Positions 58,101-64,000 of a stretch of 64,000 bases of DNA are shown piece by piece (position 1 is the stretch's first letter; each line of letters starts with the position of its first letter). The notes beneath the pieces were generated by a model, which saw only the letters and a list, made by a program, of their open reading frames with translations, did no database searches and was not told the DNA's origin. The stretch covers positions 33,644 through 97,643 of the forward strand of contig JAGVKQ010000019.1 of NCBI GenBank assembly GCA_020050435.1, in the 5' to 3' direction. Source of the DNA: Candidatus Caenarcanales bacterium (lineage in GTDB: Bacteria; Cyanobacteriota; Vampirovibrionia; 2-02-FULL-35-15). The translations under genes were made by a program, and so were the position numbers.

Positions 58101-59453
58101 AATATTACAGCTTTAAATCCTGATATAAATATGATAGTTAGATCTATTGAGACCACTAGTAGTGGTTCTTCTATATATGTAGGTGGTGATTTTACGAGCA
58201 TAACTGAAAAAGCTCAATCATTTTTTGGACTTCTTACAGTCAATCAAAATCCAAATGCTCCATCCATATCTTCTTCTACTATAGATGCAACTAATTCAGG
58301 TACAGGTGGCTCTTATAGTCTTGCACCTAATCAAATGCTTACTATAAATTTTTCTGCAACAGATCCAAATGGTTTAGATACGGCTACCTTATCTACTCCA
58401 GATGCTCCTTCAGTAGGCACATTCACTTCTGCTACTGCCTCTAATCCTGCAACAGCTACTTATACATTTACTCCTACGAATTCTGATGCTGGAATGTCAT
58501 TTGGCTTTACTATTAGAGCTACTGACAGCGGTGGACTTCAATCGGGAAATTTTCAAATAACTATTACTGTTCCTGCTTTTGTTGGAGCTGGTGGTGGTGG
58601 TGGTGGTTCTGGTGGTATTTCGATTTTGCCGCCACCATCTACACCTACGCCCACGGCTACTCCCACACCATCTGTAACACCCACACCATCTGCAACACCT
58701 AAGCCTAGTGCTACACCAAGTCCTACATCTACTCCTAGACCTACTGCTTCTCCTAGACCTACTGCTTCTCCAGGCTCTACATCTACACCTTTTCCATTTC
58801 CTACTCCTGATTCAAATCTTATTGAAGTTAACTTAGATGAAAGTTTAGTCTTTCCTGTCAATTCGTCTGGCGAAGAAATAGATTTAAATCCCGGCTCTCA
58901 AATAGTGTTTTCTATACCTGTTGATGTTTTGGATTTAAAAGAAGATTTAAAAAAAGAAGATGTTAAGTTGGCAATTGTAGATGAGAATGGAAATTCTTTT
59001 ACTCTAAACTCAGATTTTTCTTTAATAAAAGGAAAGAATTTAATAATATTTTCTACAGATACTATTCCAGGCAATATTGCTCTTGGGGAGGCTACTTTAC
59101 TTATAAGTATTGGCGAAGATATATACTCGGCAACGATATTGCTTAAACAAAATTCTAATCCTTTATTAGACCTTAAAGTCAACTCTATAAAAACGGTTCT
59201 AAATAGAAAAACACTTACACTGACCGTATCAGGGGATAATCTATTTCTACTTCCAGACATATTTCCAAAAGTAACCATTCTTGACAATGAGTTAATAACC
59301 TTAAAGCAAGTATCAGTATTAAGAAATAAAAAAGCATTAGTTCTGAAATTAAGTATCCTTGATAAAAAGCCCGTAAAGTCCTTTTTGATTTTTATATCAA
59401 ATCAAAACGGACAGGTGGCATTTAAAGTAAATCTTGCAAAGGGGATCAAGTAG
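55140..59453 (+). CDS. Large surface protein: ~21 beta-propeller blade repeats (delta-60/DUF5122-like), Ig-like domain, Gly and Pro/Thr linker, C-terminal module
   Basis: Repeat IYAGGxFTTIGGxxRNRIAAxDxxTGxATAWNPNxNxxV; signal peptide. Confidence 0.85.
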   Translation: MTYKLKFIVALFFILFLFGIVSSFAQTLLQSNLAPNNTVHTILNANGVTYIGGDFTKIAPNIGTGLPINKTSGLAENLFPKVNGEIFAVAADGSGGWYIGGNFTAVGSSSRLRLAHILSTGVLDSSWVPTANGIVNCILVSGSNIYISGAFTTVSGSVRNRLAAIDTNGNLLGWNPNASNTVNYLSIDGSTIYAAGSFTTISGLARPFVAAINSITGLPTSWRPVPNAAVLTVEALSGIVYLGGSFTSFGPFTGAGVPLDLATGVKLATFPKITGTVSTVIPDGGGGWYVGGTFSDIDGITRNNIAHISPDGTLDQTWNPNANAAVTCLALNGMTLYAGGSFTTIGVQTRNRLAAIDTTTGIANSWSSGTDATVSSILVDAGNVYVAGSFTTLGGVARNRIGSVDETTGVTTAWNPNSDAAVSVIILDGANIYAGGSFLNIGGSARNRIAAIDKTTGVATGWNPNSNNVVSTIFINGNNVYTGGSFSTIGGQSRAFLADVDKVTGLATAWNPGPNAAVNSIVVSGGNAYIGGAFATVGGSTRSFLAALSEATGLATAWNPNSNAAINVLSLSGGNLFVGGTPTSVNVQIRNRIAASNATTGEVTSWDPNSNNTVNDIVPTATNIYAGGLFTSIGGSNRNRLAAIGTNTGVASSFDPNVNNTVNVIKLDSNTLYLGGLFTNIGGQERNRIGAIDITSGNTTSWAPDLGNYVNPNSLDVSSSSVYGGGLVTTIGGTARNRLAAINSDGTLNSWNPDVNGSVREIISSSGNIYIGGLFTTVGLLARNFIAAIDSSTGIATTWNPNANTNVLTLLADSGNIYAGGTFTTIGGQARNMIAALDITTGLATAWNPNANTTTVNDIQIKGMTLYAGGDFTTIGGQARNRIAALDTTTGLATAWNPNSNNTINSITINDTTIYAGGTFTTIGVLTRNRLAGIDETTGLATAFDPNANGTVQYITNYDMTLVAGGDFTALGATAINRLAAFNLTTNNITALNPDINMIVRSIETTSSGSSIYVGGDFTSITEKAQSFFGLLTVNQNPNAPSISSSTIDATNSGTGGSYSLAPNQMLTINFSATDPNGLDTATLSTPDAPSVGTFTSATASNPATATYTFTPTNSDAGMSFGFTIRATDSGGLQSGNFQITITVPAFVGAGGGGGGSGGISILPPPSTPTPTATPTPSVTPTPSATPKPSATPSPTSTPRPTASPRPTASPGSTSTPFPFPTPDSNLIEVNLDESLVFPVNSSGEEIDLNPGSQIVFSIPVDVLDLKEDLKKEDVKLAIVDENGNSFTLNSDFSLIKGKNLIIFSTDTIPGNIALGEATLLISIGEDIYSATILLKQNSNPLLDLKVNSIKTVLNRKTLTLTVSGDNLFLLPDIFPKVTILDNELITLKQVSVLRNKKALVLKLSILDKKPVKSFLIFISNQNGQVAFKVNLAKGIK

Positions 59454-59465
59454 TACAATTAACTT

Positions 59466-59858
59466 ATGCAGATTACTACTTTTTATGCTGGAATCTTTGG
59501 AATCTTTTTAATACTTTTAAGTACTAATGTAATTAGACACAGAATTAAGAAAAGAGTTTTACTCTTAGATGATAATGACTATGAATTAAGCCTTGCTATA
59601 AGAGCTCATGGAAATTTTACTGAATATACCCCCATTTTTTTAATCCTACTTTTTCTATTAGAGCTAAATCACACTTCTACAGTTTTTCTTTCTTCCATTG
59701 CTATTGCTTTTTTTGTTGGAAGGTCATTTCATGCATATAGTTTTATATTTAGAGAAAATAAAAATAAATTAGACTATAAGTGCAGGCAGACAGGAATGGT
59801 TCTTACTTTTTTAGTGATTATTATTTCTAGTGTTTTTTTAATAATTAAATCTTTTTAA
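59466..59858 (+). CDS. MAPEG-family membrane protein
   Basis: IRAHGNFTEYTP, GR..HA. Confidence 0.88.
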   Translation: MQITTFYAGIFGIFLILLSTNVIRHRIKKRVLLLDDNDYELSLAIRAHGNFTEYTPIFLILLFLLELNHTSTVFLSSIAIAFFVGRSFHAYSFIFRENKNKLDYKCRQTGMVLTFLVIIISSVFLIIKSF

Positions 59859-60451
59859 GCTAACATAAGCTTTGATGGTGCTTCTTGATTAATCTCTACT
59901 ATTGGATGGATTATTGTTTTAATCAATTCAGGGTTTGATGTTTTATTTTTGATACCTAAAGCTGTTAAAACACCTTGTCTGAGTCCACCAACCATAAGTG
60001 AATCTAAGATTTTTCTTCTTTGTGCTTTATCTCTTTTTCTTTCTGTTTTATCAGCTAATAATGTAACCATTGCTATTTCTGACATATTGGGTCCACCTTT
60101 TCTATGTGTTCTAATGGCAGATAAAATTTCTTCATCTTCTATTCCTAATTCATCTCTAGCTATAATAGCTCCGACTCTATCATGTAATTTCTTTGGATGT
60201 CTAACATCTGCAGCCTCTAGAGGAATTCCATTTTTAATGGCTATTCTATATAAATCAGCTGGATGTATTTCTTTTGCCAGGTCATGAAGAAGTCCAGCTA
60301 ATCTTGCTTTCTCTTCATCTACAACAAACTCTTTTGCTATTTTCACTGCTTGCTTACTTACCCTTTTACAATGGTTATACCGCTTATGGCTAAGGTGGTC
60401 TTTAAGCCATGGACGATAAGAATCGACAGCTTGGACTGAGTGGATTTTCAT
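59855..60451 (-). CDS. YqeK-like HD-domain hydrolase (Ap4A hydrolase family), divergent
   Basis: KRYNHCKRV, AGLLHDLAKE, EEILSAIRTH, LADKTE. Confidence 0.78.
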   Translation of the reverse strand: MKIHSVQAVDSYRPWLKDHLSHKRYNHCKRVSKQAVKIAKEFVVDEEKARLAGLLHDLAKEIHPADLYRIAIKNGIPLEAADVRHPKKLHDRVGAIIARDELGIEDEEILSAIRTHRKGGPNMSEIAMVTLLADKTERKRDKAQRRKILDSLMVGGLRQGVLTALGIKNKTSNPELIKTIIHPIVEINQEAPSKLMLA

Positions 60452-60573
60452 AATATGAGTATTGAGCTTATTCTATCATTTTTAAAACATAGGGTAAATG
60501 CTCTTATTAAGATAGATTGCTAGGTAATTAAAAACCCTTTATATTTGGGTAGATATCTTTAAGTGAGGAAAAA

Positions 60574-61155
60574 ATGAATATTGGGCGCTGGCTTTTTAAT
60601 CTTTTAATAAATAGATGGAGACATTCTAGCTCGAATGTGCCCCCATCTAATGCTCCTCTACCATCTGATGACAATTTGCTACCCCTGCCACCTAGGGCTG
60701 CTTCGTTACCTCGTGGTTTACCATCATCTGAATTAGATCAGATAAATAGAGAACCGGTAGATCAAAAACTAGTTGATGGTTTAGCTGATGCTGTAATAAA
60801 GTCAGTGGAAGACATCTTAAAAAGAGATGGAAAACTAAAAGAAGATCTTTACCTTCCTGATTCTATAAAATTAGATGTAGATGCTGGTGGAAGTGAACTA
60901 GGGTCAGAATTAGCCTGGTTAATTATGAAAAACAGTAGTGGGAAAAATTATGTTTTAACTATTCTTATTCAAAGATGTGGAGAAAGTGCTAAAGATACTG
61001 GGGCATTTGAAGGAATTACATTATCAAAAGGTTTAAAAATTGAAGATCTTCCAGCTTTAAGAAATGAAATTGAACCAAGTATATATAATCTTATAATAGG
61101 TGCTGATATCTTAAGAGTAAGTGCTTTTCATCGAGCTACTAATCGCCCTACTTAA
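60574..61155 (+). CDS. Hypothetical protein with Pro-rich N-terminus
   Basis: ORF with GAGG RBS. Confidence 0.6.
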   Translation: MNIGRWLFNLLINRWRHSSSNVPPSNAPLPSDDNLLPLPPRAASLPRGLPSSELDQINREPVDQKLVDGLADAVIKSVEDILKRDGKLKEDLYLPDSIKLDVDAGGSELGSELAWLIMKNSSGKNYVLTILIQRCGESAKDTGAFEGITLSKGLKIEDLPALRNEIEPSIYNLIIGADILRVSAFHRATNRPT

Positions 61156-61673
61156 GGGACCACTTCCTGATTTGTATCATTAGCATTATTATCAGGTAAA
61201 ATCCATACGTAACTATTAGTATTTTGATCAAAATAGCTGTTCCCAGCGCTTTGATTATTTTGATCATCAATATTGAAATTGCTTACAAAAGCATCTTGAT
61301 TTATTTGAGGATAACTATTTCCAGGTATATAACTAGCATTGTATGAGTTTTGATTACCCCCTACAAAATTTCCATTAACATTAGTGTTTATTAGACTTGA
61401 AGCAGTTGTTACTCCATAACCTCCAGGAATATATCTGTTTACCGGATTACATGGGCTTAATAAACTTCTTGGATTTCTTGCAGTGTTTACTATATTTCTT
61501 GCTTGAAAATATGGATTTGCAATTCTTTGTACTGAAGCAGGTGCAAAATAATTATAGAGAAGATTGAATCCACTTGGTCTACAGTTTCCACACTGTGCAA
61601 AAACACTATTTATGCTTAATAAAAAAATTGTTGTTAATAATAAAGCAATCTTTTTCATAAGATTATTATTCAC
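61152..61673 (-). CDS. Secreted Asn-rich hypothetical protein
   Basis: Signal peptide MKKIALL...VFA; co-oriented with upstream genes. Confidence 0.6.
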   Translation of the reverse strand: MNNNLMKKIALLLTTIFLLSINSVFAQCGNCRPSGFNLLYNYFAPASVQRIANPYFQARNIVNTARNPRSLLSPCNPVNRYIPGGYGVTTASSLINTNVNGNFVGGNQNSYNASYIPGNSYPQINQDAFVSNFNIDDQNNQSAGNSYFDQNTNSYVWILPDNNANDTNQEVVP

Positions 61674-61681
61674 TTTTCAAG

Positions 61682-62062
61682 TTAATTATTGGTTAAGGGA
61701 GTTCTCGCAATAATTTCTTTCATTAAGTGCACTATTTCTTTGTTTTCTCCAATTGGAGGTAAAAGTTCTATGGAAATATTGTTAAATTTCTCTTTTATTT
61801 CTGCAATTTGTTTAGGTATATCTTTGTCTACATGACCACCACCAGCCATAAAAAGAGGAAACACTTTAAAATTTTCTATTCCATTTTTTATGGACAGATT
61901 TATTACATCAGAAAGGCTGGGAGAAATAAAATCTAAATAAGCCAGAGCAACCTTTTCTTCTCCAAGAGTATTTTTTAAATCAATATATAACTCTTCAAAT
62001 GGTTCTCTCCATCGCGGATCTTTGCTTCCATGTGCTATTAAAATGATTTGAGAGTTATTCAT
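61682..62062 (-). CDS. Short CbiX/SirB-type chelatase
   Basis: LIAHGSKDPRW, LAYLDF.SPSL, PLFMAGGGHV.KDIP. Confidence 0.85.
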   Translation of the reverse strand: MNNSQIILIAHGSKDPRWREPFEELYIDLKNTLGEEKVALAYLDFISPSLSDVINLSIKNGIENFKVFPLFMAGGGHVDKDIPKQIAEIKEKFNNISIELLPPIGENKEIVHLMKEIIARTPLTNN

Positions 62063-62966
62063 AAATATTTTTTAAAGCAGCACCCACTTTTTTATATTTA
62101 AAATCATACCCGCTCTTGGTAAGCTTTTCAGGAATTGCATGCTGCCCACCTAAAAGCATGTCAGCCATTTCACCCAGTAAAACCTTAAGTGCTATTCCTG
62201 GTACTGGTGCCCAAGAAGGGCGTTTTATAACCTTACCTAGTTCATTACAAAAATCTTTCATAGTCACACACTCAGGAGCTACTGTATTAATTATGCCTGA
62301 AACACTTTCATTTTCTAAAGCATAAAGAATTATTCCTATAACATCATCTCTATGTATCCATGGAAACCATTGCTTTCCAGATCCCAATGGTCCACCAGCA
62401 AACATCATAAATGGAGGAGTTATTTTTTCAAGTGCACCACCACCTTTTTCAAGTACAATTCCTGTTCTAAGAAAAACTACCCTGACATTTTCTTTTTGAG
62501 CTGGCTTTGCTGCATTTTCCCACTCTTCACAAATGTCTGCTAAAAAACCACTTCCTTTTTTGTAGCCTTCATTTACTAAATCATTTTCTACATTTCCATA
62601 GTACCCCACTGCTGAAGCATTAATAAGTACTTTTGGTTTTTTCTTTGCTTTGTTGATGGCTTGTATTAAAGCATTTGTAGAATCTAATCTACTGGATAAA
62701 AGTACTTTTTTTTGTCTATTTGTCCATCTCTTTCCAGCTATAGGCTCACCGGTAAGATTTACTATGCCATCTACATTCTCTATTTCAGAAACCCAGTCAC
62801 CTAGAGATTTTCCATCCCATTGTTTTAATATGAGTTTTTCATTTTCAAGATCTTTATATTTTTCTGGATCTCTTGCAAGAAGAACAATGCTATGCCCTTT
62901 TTCTTTTAGCTCTTTAATAAGCTCTTTTCCTATAAAACCCGTGCAGCCAGCTAGTAATAATTTCAT
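62055..62966 (-). CDS. TIGR01777-family NAD-dependent epimerase-like protein
   Basis: GCTGFIG, VNLTGEPIA..RWT, SAVGYYG, GGPLGSGKQWFPWIH. Confidence 0.92.
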   Translation of the reverse strand: MKLLLAGCTGFIGKELIKELKEKGHSIVLLARDPEKYKDLENEKLILKQWDGKSLGDWVSEIENVDGIVNLTGEPIAGKRWTNRQKKVLLSSRLDSTNALIQAINKAKKKPKVLINASAVGYYGNVENDLVNEGYKKGSGFLADICEEWENAAKPAQKENVRVVFLRTGIVLEKGGGALEKITPPFMMFAGGPLGSGKQWFPWIHRDDVIGIILYALENESVSGIINTVAPECVTMKDFCNELGKVIKRPSWAPVPGIALKVLLGEMADMLLGGQHAIPEKLTKSGYDFKYKKVGAALKNIYE

Positions 62967-62969
62967 TGT

Positions 62970-63842
62970 TTACCTACAAAGTAAAACAGGACATTGTGCT
63001 TCCATTAAAATTTGATTAGTTGTACTATCAAAAATTAATTCTAAAAGTTTATTTGAGCCGAATGCACCAATTGCTATTATCCCAGGGTTATATACTTTCG
63101 CTTCATCTAAAATTACTTTCCATGGCGTCGTTGCACCGATTCCTGTTTTATAAGTAGCTTTTAAATTGTAAGGTGTTAAAAACTCTTTTGCCTCATCAAG
63201 TGGTTTTTGAGCCATTTCTAAATCGTTGGCTACGCTCATAATTAATATTTCAGCATTGAGAATACTTGCAATTTGTGCAGTAGTACTTAATGTTCTTTGA
63301 GAGGCCTCGCTACCGTCATAAGCTAATAAAATCCTTTTACTAGATTTCGCTTGGCTTTCAGCAGGCACTACAAAAATGGGTCTTGTTACTTGGCGAAGTA
63401 ATTCTTCAGCAACTTCACCCGGTTCTTTAGAGTCTTTCTTATAACCTTCTCCTCTTTTTCCAATTACTACTAAATCTACAGTTTTTGAAGCGTGAATTAA
63501 AGACTCTTCTATTACCCCTCTTATTGATTTAAAAGTACCAGTTACGTTGTTTTTTTTACAAGTGGTCTCAAAAAGTTCTTTAAGATTAGTTCTTTCTTTT
63601 TCAAATTCATTCTCTGTTTGTAATTGCTCTTCTGTGTCTCTTACATGTGGCGCAGCAGTAGTAACACCTAATGCTGATCCTATTAATTCAGCAGGTTCCC
63701 ACTCTAATAAACGAGCAATATTTTCTATATATAAACCTTTGATCTCTGCTTTTGAAGCCTTTGCCAACTCACAAGCTAAATCTAATGCAGCTAAACTGGC
63801 TTTGGATTCATCTATAGCTATTAATATACTTTTCACTTTCAT
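62970..63842 (-). CDS. Tandem universal stress protein
   Basis: ILIAIDES, DLVVIGKRG, ILLAYDGS, IGAFG...ST. Confidence 0.9.
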   Translation of the reverse strand: MKVKSILIAIDESKASLAALDLACELAKASKAEIKGLYIENIARLLEWEPAELIGSALGVTTAAPHVRDTEEQLQTENEFEKERTNLKELFETTCKKNNVTGTFKSIRGVIEESLIHASKTVDLVVIGKRGEGYKKDSKEPGEVAEELLRQVTRPIFVVPAESQAKSSKRILLAYDGSEASQRTLSTTAQIASILNAEILIMSVANDLEMAQKPLDEAKEFLTPYNLKATYKTGIGATTPWKVILDEAKVYNPGIIAIGAFGSNKLLELIFDSTTNQILMEAQCPVLLCR

Positions 63843-64000
63843 CTCCTTTAACTATTTATACTAGTTTACCATTTTTTTTATAGGGGATCTCCTATATATT
63901 TCCTAATTAATTTTGCATAAGCTAAGCTTGTTTTTTATATAGTCCTTAAAGTATTATACTTAGTAGAATAAAGCGATTTTTTAATTATGGACCCAATTCA

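Noticed and set aside
58553-59287. Gly/Val-rich minus-strand ORFs
   Set aside because: Antisense to the Pro/Thr linker and tail of the large surface protein
63879-63896. Palindrome TATAGG-N6-CCTATA upstream of the universal stress protein gene
   Set aside because: Single occurrence near the window edge; does not match the 17-bp box and no regulator can be assigned

Overview
AT-rich, gene-dense bacterial window. The gene repertoire suggests a non-photosynthetic Cyanobacteria relative (Melainabacteria/Vampirovibrionia-like); this is inference only. I recognised no rRNA, tRNA, CRISPR array or transposase. 1-26 kb is a stress and signalling neighbourhood: glutathione genes (gloA, Prx5-Grx hybrid, gor), three histidine kinases, five response regulators, many general-stress-type small proteins (YtxH, two unannotated lmo0937-family genes, sll1863-like, two YfdX-like, DUF3185, CBS) and a DUF3494 ice-binding protein. 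At least 14 copies of one 17-bp intergenic box tie these together, most at a fixed 40 or 50 bp upstream of sigma70 -10 hexamers (a candidate regulon). 38.5-46.2 kb is an ArsR + hyfBCEFGI-like membrane complex bracketed by a 51-bp perfect direct repeat that duplicates the 5' end of an nhaP2/cvrA antiporter; its large subunit keeps all four Ni-site cysteines while its small subunit has lost three of four canonical Fe-S cysteines. At 47.0 kb an unannotated poly-Cys leader peptide (MIISFTNQITIQCCCKSCCC) overlaps a terminator hairpin. Also present: a frameshifted tag gene, REP-like palindromes, a 20-repeat Cys-rich secreted protein, a 1437-aa beta-propeller surface protein sharing an unrecognised C-terminal module with its divergent neighbour, and many genes with leaderless-mRNA architecture.
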